Below are positions 10,470-20,000 of a stretch of 20,000 nucleotides of DNA, one piece after another; the first letter of the stretch is position 1; every line of letters begins with the position of its first letter. Location of the stretch: the NCBI GenBank assembly GCA_000934665.2, contig JYFJ02001667.1:53404-73403 (forward strand), given 5' to 3'. Below the pieces are notes generated by a model. It ran no database searches. It was not told the origin of the DNA and saw nothing but the letters and a program-made list of their open reading frames with translations. The stretch comes from Catajapyx aquilonaris (lineage: Eukaryota). Both the position numbers and the translations under genes were made by a program.

Positions 10470-11744
10470 ATACACACTGACTTGAGACCCTCATTATAAT
10501 TATGGATTCAAGTTCTCCAGTCATGTACACTAGGCCTGTATATGTAATAATTCCAGAAGATGTAAGTTACCTTAATTGTGAAATACAATACTGTATAGGT
10601 GTGCCGCGGGTGTGCCGTCAGAATTTTTGTCAGTGTGCGAATGTTACACTGTGGCTTGTTAGCCTCAGAGAAACATAAGTACGCAGGTGGAGAAACGGAA
10701 AGGTATATGTTACATACTAAAATGAGAATCCAGTAGCGCTGGCAGCTGCTTGTGTAGTTCACTACGTAAGAATATCAACAGGGCAAAAAATGCAGGTGTC
10801 CAGTATCTCAAAGGAAATAAAAGGAATGGTGCATGTGTGCTATGGTGTAGTACGCAGAACTAAACTTGTTCTTCAAACTGCTTATTCTCTCGGTGATGTC
10901 TTTCTCCGTTTCGGTTTTTTCTTGCCAGGGAAAAACAAATGTATTACGTTTCCGGACGTTTTCGTGTCTAATTGCAGCAACTTAATGCTGTAGGAGTGCG
11001 AGTGTAGGGGCTCTTCAAGCATTGTCAAAAACTAACTTAACTGCGTTTCGGTAATACCCGTCTTCCCTAGTGTAAAATATGAATTAGCCAATAATTTAGA
11101 TCTTCTTTAATTCAGTTCAGACCAACGTGTTTTGTGTCCACTATAACCCAGTAGGGGTACCAGGCGGATGAGAGAGAGAAACTGTACAATTATTATTATT
11201 TATAAAAAGTAGTTATAACTGACACACATATTTTGATCCGATTAATAGTGATCGATTGTACATTCAAATCGTGATTTAAATGTACTGAATTTCCATCTGG
11301 TAACACCATCGCATGTGGCAGATTGTACAGTACTTGGCCGGGGGAAGGGATGGGTAAAGTTTGATGATTTTGTTAATTTACCTAAGATACAATTTCATTG
11401 CGGGGCCTGGTGCACCTAATCCGAATCATGAGCTCTAGTGGCGATTGGGTAAAAATGGTGTCAGGTGACTACTTTTGGTAGTTAAACTGGATAATTATGA
11501 TCAACTGATCACCTCGGTGCATCTAATGACCACCTGGTGGAGTCAACTGACTAGGTCTTTTTTCTGTATGTACTTGTATAACAAAACCTCTCTCACACTA
11601 TCAGAGATACGGTATATCATCAAAAATAATGTGAGATTTTGACAGTTGTAGGAAAGGGGAGAATTCCTGATATAGCCTAACCTATAGTCAGGCATGAGGA
11701 ATAATTTCCTCACTCTTACGTTAGAGAGACTCCATCAACACTCA

Positions 11745-11803
11745 CTTGTCAGTGATCGAACTCAGGACTTTGGAGGTGGAAGACCAAGCGCAATACTACC
11801 GTG
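11745..11803 (-). mobile_element. Degenerate tRNA-like SINE head
   Basis: Minus strand cacggtagtattgcgcttggtcttccacctccaaagtcctGAGTTCGATCActgac: a B-box-like motif with tRNA-like spacing; the A box is decayed. Confidence 0.45.
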
Positions 11804-12328
11804 TTTTATATGTTCCAACATGTCTCATCTTTCAACATGAGCAACTTATACGCTTAATAAATTGAAGAGGAGTTACCAAGAACAATCCAAAACGTAAGAT
11901 AACAGTGAAATGTCCTGCAGAGAAGAAGAACCCCAAACATTCAAATGCTGATGAGGCTGTCACTGTTCTTGATTTTTTTGTTTTATGCTAGTAATTCTGC
12001 GTTATGTCGACGAATAATTTCCAGACACTGGTAAAATTGCACCCCATCACATGTCATGACCTGCCTGTTTCTGCCTTAATGGTAGGGAGGCACGTGAAAG
12101 CCAGCCATTATCCCCACCGATTCTATCCTTATGCCCGATCTGATCCACGCTGTATCTCCTCAAGGCAACAATGTGATAAAACGTATTTTGGCAAGGGCCA
12201 GTACTTGTTTGTAAAACAGTAATGACGTAAAAGTGGAATTGATAAGCATAATGACGTATAGTACCAGACAATAACCTACAATTTGTAATTGGTATTCTGG
12301 AATTTATTTGTAATGGGTGGCACGTATA

Positions 12329-12766
12329 CAGGGTGTATCAAAACTCTACCATAAGCCATATGCCAATGGCGTAATGGGCACCAGGGGATCAATTAATGTA
12401 GAGGAGTCATTATGTCTGGGCAGCCTCATTACTGAGATAATTGATCATTTGCGTTTTAGCAATTGGGCCTAAGAGTGATTGTCACAGATTGTCACAGATT
12501 GTCACAAATTGTCACAGATCACATGCGACATGCAGTACACATGCGACATGCTAGTAGCTAAATGGAAAAGCTGCTATTTTCACGAGTGATGCGATGTCGG
12601 GGCTGAAGGTTTCCATACCTCCCAGGATACTTTGTACTACGTGTTTGAAGGCAATTATCTCCGTAATGAGGCGGCCTAGAGATGATGACCCCTCTACATA
12701 TAATGATGCTCTGGTGCCCCTTATGCCATTGGTACATGGCTTATGGTAGAGTTTTGATACACCCTG
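12329..12766. mobile_element. Tc1/mariner-type MITE with ~115-bp TIRs
   Basis: TA|CAGGGTGTATCAAAACTCTACCATAAGCCAT ... ATGGCTTATGGTAGAGTTTTGATACACCCTG|TA. The outer 31 bp are a perfect inverted repeat and imperfect pairing continues over 12329-12443 vs 12652-12766. TA TSD; no ORF. Confidence 0.92.
12477..12552. repeat. Tandem repeats inside the MITE
   Basis: (gattgtcaca)x4 with one variant copy, then acatgcgacatgc duplicated. Confidence 0.9.
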
Positions 12767-13055
12767 TATGTACAATCTACAACCCATAAAACAACATGTC
12801 TATATTGTACACCCTGGCAATAACAATATACAGTATTAGTCTTAACATACCTTTATATTGACATGGAGTACACATTCATCATGTGCTTCATGCCTGATGT
12901 GTGATCAAGAAAGTAGATGAGGATTAAATATGCCGCGGTATAATAATAAGTGGGGGACACGATTTTTAAAAGCCAGTGTGACGACATTGAAGAGGGTTCA
13001 AGCTATAGCATGCTACCCTAATTTCGTAGTTGGCGATAGAAAGAAAGAGGTCGTA

Positions 13056-13097
13056 AAAATGGTGAAAACGGTGTAAAGTAATTTATGGGGGGACCTT
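13056..13097 (-). mobile_element. Zator-like/TWA-target MITE terminus (solo)
   Basis: aaaaatggtgaaaacggtgtaaagtaatttatggggggacc resembles the reverse complement of GGGxCxTCCATAAATTACGT-type termini. Partner end not located. Confidence 0.3.
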
Positions 13098-13367
13098 TTA
13101 GGTGCAGTATTCACGATTTTCACATCTGATAATAATTAGAACCACTTTATGCCCTTAAAAATGGGCCACGCTTTGTTTCACCCTGACTAGGACGACTCGG
13201 TTAAAAATGTCAGTTCAGATATTCATCGGTGGAAATCTCACGGACAATAGTCTTTGTTCCCTACCTTCAAATGTGGTCGGGAGTTACACTGTATTTAATA
13301 GAATTTCCAACTATACAAATCGTGTTACTCTATGCAACGTTTGTTAGTTACGAAGTAGACGAAATTT

Positions 13368-13687
13368 TCACGGACATAAACACGAGCTGCCTATTGAAAC
13401 GCAGTTGAAGCAATATACCTTGTTGATCAATGGCTTGCAACCGCTCATAATTTTAATGCTCCAGGGAAAAAGTCTCATCATATTTGACAAATATATTACA
13501 CTGGAATTTTTTGCAACTACCTTTATACATCCACCTATATCAACATATGAATTTTCAAAATGTGACCCAACATCCTCTATCAACTCATTAAAATCCATTT
13601 TACTGAGTCAACTCTATCTTTTTAGAGCTGATATTTTCTCACTGTTTGCATACTGATGGGTCAACTGTACACCGGTACAAAATCCAA
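13368..13687 (-). mobile_element. Possible DNA-transposon relic (Sola2-like)
   Basis: The minus ORF ends IKIMSGCK...YCFNC....SCLC, a Cys-rich tail recalled from such transposases. An adjacent terminus-like ggattttgtaccggtg lies at 13670-13685 (minus). Weak. Confidence 0.22.
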
Positions 13688-14089
13688 CGTGACCTCACAT
13701 AAATAAACATTTCCATTGCATTACAGTACTATTTTTTTTGCCTCCTGAGATGGGTCCGCTTGGCCCTCTAGTTTGCAGGCCGGGTTATTTGCCTGTAAAA
13801 TGCGCAGGAATCCAAATTCCTACGCAAGGATAGGACTGGTGGGTGGGAGCTTATTTTATTTTCTCGTCAGTGACATTCCACCCTGTCGGAGCAACAGAGC
13901 TAGTGGAAGCAAATCGTTAGTGCGGACCATATACCAACTATGGCTGTGGGGGTTACCTGCTCACTTTTGGACCTATAAGAGAAAGTACTGTCCGGCAATG
14001 CAATGCTTATAGCAACATGTGCTTCGTTACAATTATGGTATGGTCACACAGCCACGTCTATTGCTAAAGAGAACTTTAGGCGCTCAGAG

Positions 14090-14270
14090 GTTATACATAA
14101 ACCCTGAATGTAGTTTTATATAAAATTTTAACAATTTTGTGTACGTACAGACATAGGTAATGACGCAAGTAATGTTACACTCAGGTGGAATTTTTTCATA
14201 TGTGGTGCGTCATGTCAGCACTCGAAATTCTTTCGGATTTTGGAATTTAGGATGAAGGATTCTCAACCTG
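14090..14270. mobile_element. pogo/Tigger-type element end resembling Tigger4b/MER46 (Zombi)
   Basis: Ends ...gcgtcatgtcagcactcgaaattctttcggattttggaatttaggatgaaggattctcaacctg|TA, with upstream ttatacataaaccctgaatgtagttttatataaaattttaacaattttgtg. Both are collinear with my recollection of the Tigger4b consensus (TIR CAGGTTGAGCATCCC). The other TIR was not found. Confidence 0.62.
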
Positions 14271-14409
14271 TATTAGAAGAAAATTTTCCTGATTCAATGG
14301 ATCAAAATAATAGTGGAAATTAACCAAAATTGGGTACTTTTAAAAGCTTGCCTGAGTGGGTAACTACTGAGCTATACACTATACAGTACACGTTCCATAA
14401 TGAATTTAA

Positions 14410-14432
14410 GGGTCATCCAAAATGACGTCACG
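14410..14432 (+). mobile_element. Zator-like/TWA-target MITE terminus (solo)
   Basis: TAA|GGGTCATCCAAAATGACGTCACG; partner end not located. Confidence 0.33.
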
Positions 14433-15329
14433 TAGAAAGAATGCTGGTTCGGAAGTGAGTGCCGAAAATGCTCTCATCCACTCTCGTGTGCTGCATGTGC
14501 TTTAATTCAATTATACGTAAAAGAAGCAAAAGGCGTTTTCCCCGTATAGATCTGCCCCCGCCTATTACTGACACATCAATATCGATATTCGAAGTATGCT
14601 ATACGGTACATGTTGCGCAAAGAACGCGCAAAATATTTCAGCCGGCCTATTCACTTTTAGAATCAATGAACATTTAGCCAGACCTTGAAATTTTACATGC
14701 TGTAGCCTGTAGGCTAGCACTGTACCGGCAATAAACTATTAAATTTTTTATCACACTGATACCGGTACATATTATGGCAGGATATTCAGGCTATACAGTT
14801 GGCTATGGTGTCAGCTACGAACAATTCAGTTACATTATAATATTATTATTTTCTAAATATTATGGATATAGACAACAGATCTCTGATCACTATACTCTTC
14901 AACACTTGTTATATAGGCCTACTGTATGTTTGGAACACAATCATATTGACTCCATATTTAAAATAATAGGTCTAATAATAGTACCTAATTGCGCTGAAAT
15001 CTCAAAAATGAATACAGCAATTACAATAGTTTCCAAATAAAAGTATAATTTCATATACAGTACTGTATACATGGCATGAAACAAAATTTGCACTCGTATC
15101 ACTGTACCAGGATTACTCTGCATATATGTCACCATCCAAACATGTAATATATTAGTAGTTCACTTTTAAACTCATTAATTCTCAAAAGTAAGCACAATCT
15201 ATCTGACTTGTATATTCTCCTGAGAAGGCTTCAAGAAGGCACGAACAGTGTGTGACTGAAAAGAATAGACTATGCGCATACCTCCTCATTTTAGAAATAT
15301 CATGCATTTAAGGATGCTTCCAGGTATAA

Positions 15330-15560
15330 TTTGTGCCTTCTCAGGAACAGACACAAAAGAGCTAGTTTTGTGCCTTCTTTTGAGAAAACTGTAATCAGGT
15401 TTCAAAGCAGAGCTGCCAGACTTGAACAACACAGTAGCGACCTTTCCAGTACTGCATCATCTTCCAGCACCCTCATTTCATCCCCCTTCTTGCCTTGTCT
15501 CTGTTATAAATCTGCAATATCTCAGCTGTTAGCAATATTTCAGTATTCTCATCCACAGTA
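15330..15560 (-). pseudogene. Possible pogo/Tigger transposase C-terminal remnant
   Basis: Minus strand across frameshifts: DIADL*Q, MRVLEDDAVLERSL, SALKP, QKKAQ, LFLRR. Resembles the Tigger tail EDLxELEQ...DPxxERSLK...ALxPY...QKKxKQxxIxxF. Confidence 0.33.
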
Positions 15561-16490
15561 TATTATGGACGAGTAAATTCTGTTGAACGTGTTTATGGCA
15601 GATATATTGCCGGCAATGATATCTACATTGGCAGTGGTATATAGCAATTGTGCAAGGCACAAGCGAGAATAATCTACGCGTCGTAAGACATTGCCATCCA
15701 TCATTAATGAAAATATAGCCTAGAGTTTATTGCCGTTTCCATTTCTCTTGAAAGCGTGATTTTGAGGTCAGATGTAATAACATCTGGTATTATTTTACAG
15801 CTGTTTAGAACAGTACATTTGTGTCCCGCTCAAAACACACATAGCAGGACACATCGTATCAGTAATTTTAGTCCCTTTTTTTTCGAGAGGCGGGACACTT
15901 TTTTTTAGGAGCTCAATAGTATAATGAGCAAACTTTCCCTCCGTAACGTAATTGGCAAAACTGAGCAGAATTCCATAATCTCATTATCCTCATGTTTCTG
16001 CGCTTATTATTCGACAAAAGCGGCTATAAAAAGGACATAATGTAATGTCACATAAATTTATAAAGTTGGAAGATGCAGAAGGAACTTTTTCAAGACTTGC
16101 TAAAAAATAATGCCTCGGCCATGATAATAATGCAAAAAAGGCCAAGTTTTCTTTCTGTTTTTAAAAGAGTAGAGGAAGACCTCCTTCAATTCGATGGCAG
16201 TCCAATAGTTTATCAGCAAGTTCCTTCCAAGTGGTGAAAGTCTCCAGGGTTCAAGTTTTTCAGTTAGTAACAAAGTCATATCCAAAAGCCGAAAGGCAAG
16301 CCCAAGTTAAACACAAAGGCAGGGGATGGGGGGTAGTGTGGACTTGTCCTACTCTTGTGAGGATTTGTGGGGGGGATAAGTCGTCAAAAAATACCCTAAG
16401 GCACCCAATTATTGAAGAACAAGGCGCCGTTGTTTACGATTTGGGGCTACCTTGAAAATTAATTCTCCAGATTTAGGTGCAGGGATGGGG

Positions 16491-16522
16491 TTTTTTTTTT
16501 GGGGGGGGGGGGGGGGTCCTAN
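16491..16522. other. T10-G16 homopolymer junction followed by an N; probable low-quality assembly point
   Basis: T run 16491-16500, G run 16501-16516, ambiguous base at 16522. Confidence 0.8.
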
Positions 16523-16718
16523 GGGAGGTGGTTTAGCAGATGCTAGTTCTCGCTTCAGGCCAAACTTTTAATTATCTGTCAGGGATATGGTGCAGTATTC
16601 GCCAAACTTTGAGTTGGGGGGGTTTGGATGGGTAATATAACCTCCACAAGCAGAAGTTTATGGGGAAAAGGCATTCGCAGGGAGTCCTGTGTTTGTTTAT
16701 ATTCAAACATTCATAATT

Positions 16719-16736
16719 GGGGCCGTCCATAAATTA
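16719..16736 (+). mobile_element. Zator-like/TWA-target MITE terminus fragment
   Basis: GGGGCCGTCCATAAATTA, the same motif class as 14410 and 13056-13097. Confidence 0.3.
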
Positions 16737-18269
16737 AATACCGATAGGCGTGTTGGTATCGTAAAGCCGTGGGATGTAATCTGAGGGACTTGGAAAGCAA
16801 AAAGCTGGGCGTACCTGCACGTATCGAATTTTAGGCCCGAGGTGATCCTTAGGGCTTACATCTCGTGGTTCAAAAAGTATGGGTTGGTGCTGTTACGCTT
16901 TTGTATCCTATAGATTACGGATTACGCCCCCATGCTATACCTACAGCTTTATTCAGAAAATGGCCAAAGTATAACAATTTAACAATACAATTGCGGATTT
17001 GCACTCATATTTGTGACACCTATGCAATTTACAGTTTTAAACATCTTATAACTTCGCAGCAGAGAGTGTCATTTGAAATGTTCTTTATTTTGTTCTTGAG
17101 CTAATTTCAGAAGGTGGGACGAAATGGAAGAGTCCAATAATTATTGCTAATACACATTGGACCGAAAATGGAAATAATATCGCTCCTGAAATAGCAGAAT
17201 GTTTTGAATCCACCAAGACTCAGAGGTCAACCTTGAAATAAGCAGGAGGTATATGATTCATTAGTAATTAGTTTGCCATTAATAATTACGTTGCAAAATC
17301 CTTTTGCTTAACATCACAAGCTTTTCCATACTTAGTGCTTATAAACAGGTTAATACCTTAAGCCATGCTTGTACTCGGTGAAAATTGATCTAGTTGGTTC
17401 TGATGCCTGCAAGTTATGAAATATTACTGCTGTAATTTGAGTACAAAAAGCATGAACTTTTATCATTATGCTGTGGTGTACCGTGCAAAAACAACGAGTC
17501 TTATACTGTATCCACATTACAGAAGCTATAGTGTCCTACAGTCTTCAATTTTAAAATATATAACGTAAAAATATTTTGGTATCATATTTCAACATTGTGC
17601 AGAAGTGTCATAGAGCACCATCACAGGAAAAATTGCGGCAGGTCATTCTAATTTCTTTACCAGGGAAATAAAAAGTTACATAAATTTTCTCACGTCCTCT
17701 TAATGTAGATTTAAGCCGTTTTGCAACTGGACACTTCAATTTATTTGCAGGCGAGACAGACTCGACGTGTATGTATGGTACCTATTGAAAATCCATTTTT
17801 CATGCACTGTCTTATTGTTATGTTTTGTAGAAAAACCTCTCCAGACCATTTCGTGGATGAAATACAGTCAATGCAGTATAGATGCTATACAGTATATAGG
17901 CCATTAAGTAGCCCTCTGACTTTCCGACACGAGCTTTGCAGTATACGCCGACAAACATCGTCTCAAATTCAAAACTTCAGACCAGTAAATGCGATTTAAA
18001 AGGCTTACAGAGAAATACTCCTTCCTAGAATTTCCTCCACGACTAGAAAGGTATATTTCGAGTTATTTTGTGGGCGCAAGATCTTGTCAGGTACGTATCT
18101 TCCTCCATATGAAGTCCATTGAAAGAGGAATACGAATCAGGAGATCAAAGTTCTGACAAAACCTTTGTTCTCCTCACATCCATATGAACAGAAAACTGGT
18201 AGGCTCATGAAAGGTAGGATGTAAATCGTTTTGAATGACTTTTCTATGAGTGAACGTACGGAGGAGCAC

Positions 18270-18940
18270 ACGTAACTTATCCTGTTTTGAATATCATTTT
18301 ATATTTCGCAACGAGGAAACTCGTGCGCATCTTACCGCATCCCTCTTTTATTGAAGAATGAATGAGATTCCTCTTAGAACATATAAGAGAAGCTTTTCAT
18401 TTATATAAGATCCGAAGTTTGGAGAAGCAGATTTATTACTGCGAAATAGCTATAGCCAATTTCCTCGTAAGAAGGGAAATGCTTGTAATAAAAGCAGGCT
18501 TTGCAACGTCTTTCATGCGACATAAACATATAGGCAAATTAGAAGAATTGCAAATCGTCTTTTCAGAAAATCGGGTCAGGCACGTGTACCTCTACGATTG
18601 AATGCGTTACTATAGGAAGTAGGAAAAGCGGATCTTCTTATATTGCTTTTCATTTTGTTGAAAATAAGCTGGTGATTACTTAATCGGAACCTATAAGGAA
18701 CACGTAATGATGGTCTACCTTCCAGCTTACAAATACAAAGGCCGTACGGAAATAATATGATGAATTTATTGCTTCCAACAACAATCAGTTTAAACATAAG
18801 TCCTGATTATTTCATCTTCTTAAACTAGTTTATGAGGTAAAAGAAAATCCACAACTATTCCCTTACATGAACTGGGGACTTGGACAGTGCACAACAGCCT
18901 GTATATTTTGTGCGTCAACGTCCAATTAGAAGGCACCCTG
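18270..18940 (+). pseudogene. Degenerate hAT (Ac/ZBED1-like) transposase
   Basis: Collinear motifs: HL..HP (end of BED finger), IREAF...IAIANFL...GF (ORF 18362-18601), SRKSGSSYIAFHFVE (cf. WTSRxxxSYxxxTxHFID, ~18618-18662), GNNM (cf. DNGxNM) and HKS*LFHLLKLV (cf. HxxCxAHxLxLxV, 18795-18830). Confidence 0.55.
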
Positions 18941-19044
18941 TCTGCAGTTATTCTATCTTACCGTGCACGCATAACATGCATTTTTAACTGTACGCGGCCA
19001 TACATAAAGGACGGCTAAATACTATACAATTTAGGACACCTGTT

Positions 19045-19765
19045 AAGGTGACACTGGCGCATTCTTCCAGGCGGATACTATTGTTTGACACTTTTTAAAA
19101 CAGACAACAGCTGCTCTGAACATGTGGGGATGGAATTACAACCTGGCAGAGGTGCACTATTTCACAGATACGCCTTGTGTAAAGCCAATTTGGAGCTCCC
19201 ATTCATAACAATCTTGTACATCGCATTACACGGCCTTTTCCCCTGCAGGAGGCCCTTCTTCCCACCGCAGCATTGTTGTCATCAGGCTGATGAATAATTG
19301 ATATAGTTTGAGGCCGTATCAGTTGTTTTCAGGTGTTTTGAAAAAAGCGCGTTGTTAGCCTTGACTTGATCCAGCTCGAATTGAGAGCCGGAGGGGCGGA
19401 GGTGGTGCTGATGAAAAATGAGCCGGTGCTTTTGTGCTCGGGCAGCGAGAGAGACGTCGTAAGGCAGCGTTCAATAAAAGGCTCATCGCTTCTCGCTTCT
19501 GCTCTGACAGCGCCTCCCTCATTCTTCTTCTACTTTCCTTCTGGAACGCTTCAGGGACCACAGAAACTTTTCTACCTGAGACTTAGTGTTCAGATGGGAA
19601 AGTGCACAGAATAACAGATGGCTCGTTTTACAAGAACACCGGTGTCCAATTCAGGACATGATTACGGCCTATGATTGCACTCTAAAGCGGCTTTTTTTAT
19701 CCTCCTATACAGTGCATCATTATCCTTTTTTCCTTGTTGGCGACACCCAATCAATGGCATATAGG
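19045..19765 (-). pseudogene. Degenerate Penelope-like retroelement (RT thumb to GIY-YIG region)
   Basis: Minus-strand collinear motifs: KKD..LYRR (cf. RKxDG...VYRK), LVKRAIC (19614-19634; cf. LVHRAxxI), FPSE, TLPY (19459-19470), H.RP..L..VK, KTP, QPD...AV (cf. QPDKSAVAEH) and SAWKNA (19058-19075; cf. LSxAWKPA). Confidence 0.55.
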
Positions 19766-19861
19766 CCATTACGCCAGTTCACGCACTGCACGCACTACTG
19801 CACAATTTTTGCTCAATTGCGAGCACTTTGAAGTGATGGCGGTCCAGTATATGCTTACTAA

Positions 19862-19863
<2 letters not shown>

Positions 19864-19937
<74 letters not shown>
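19864..19937. repeat. (AAT)~24 microsatellite
   Basis: Perfect trinucleotide run; explains the poly-L ORF. Confidence 0.97.
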
Positions 19938-19938
<1 letters not shown>

Positions 19939-20000
19939 GTACTATGGGGCTCAAATTGTTTTGGCCACTTTATCCTGGTCTTGAAGCAACCCTTCGCACA
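19864..20000 (-). mobile_element. 3' end of a minus-strand non-LTR retroelement (LINE/SINE) running off the window
   Basis: Minus strand ...gtggccaaaacaatttgagccccatagtacc-(ATT)n. The tail type matches the SINE at 4326 but the 3' sequence differs. The 5' part and the second TSD copy would lie outside the window. Confidence 0.5.

Larger units (their letters stand above)
16073..16920 (+). pseudogene. Degenerate L2-group (Crack/Daphne-like) LINE reverse transcriptase remnant
   Basis: Collinear motifs across frameshifts: MQKEL (16073), NAKKAK..VFK, RGRPP..RW, VVK, GVVW, GA..IWGY (16439-16450), W..IRQTL..GFGWV (to 16634). These match the post-YADD region LQxxL...INxxKTKxMVFxKxxxR...YLG...YGxEIWG. 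Confidence 0.5.

Noticed and set aside
10598..10900. hAT-Charlie-like gtgtgccgc motifs and a faint zinc-finger-like frame
   Set aside because: No TIR/TSD, and the protein motif is unconvincing.
12477..12552. CRISPR-like array
   Set aside because: Head-to-tail 10-bp repeats without spacers, inside a eukaryotic MITE; no cas genes.
16485..16526. G-quadruplex at the poly-G run
   Set aside because: Adjacent to an N and a homopolymer junction; may be a sequencing or assembly artefact.
19355..19614. GC-richer ORFs as host genes
   Set aside because: Better explained as alternative frames over the Penelope-like relic.
19769..19954. Poly-Leu ORF resembling a signal peptide or TM helix
   Set aside because: Translation of the (AAT)n microsatellite.

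Overview
AT-rich eukaryotic DNA, most likely from an insect or other arthropod judging by the repeat types. It reads as intronic or intergenic sequence densely packed with transposable elements. I cannot support any intact protein-coding gene, rRNA, true tRNA, CRISPR array or operon; the ORF track is mostly chance ORFs and microsatellite read-through. The best-supported structures are: (1) a complete tRNA-derived SINE with an (ATT)23 tail and a perfect 16-bp target-site duplication (TSD) at 4326-4727; (2) a 438-bp Tc1/mariner-type MITE with ~115-bp terminal inverted repeats (TIRs) and TA TSD at 12329-12766; (3) a ~150-bp fold-back element at 10316-10469; (4) a 741-bp Chapaev3-like non-autonomous element at 2546-3286, containing a 28-bp palindrome between 8-bp direct repeats that resembles a P-element-type excision scar; (5) a terminus resembling mammalian Tigger4/MER46 at 14090-14270. 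Heavily decayed relics of mariner, pogo, hAT, LINE and Penelope-like coding regions are also present. Family assignments come from motifs recalled by eye, not database searches. I found no convincing new multi-gene system; the interesting signals concern transposon history.
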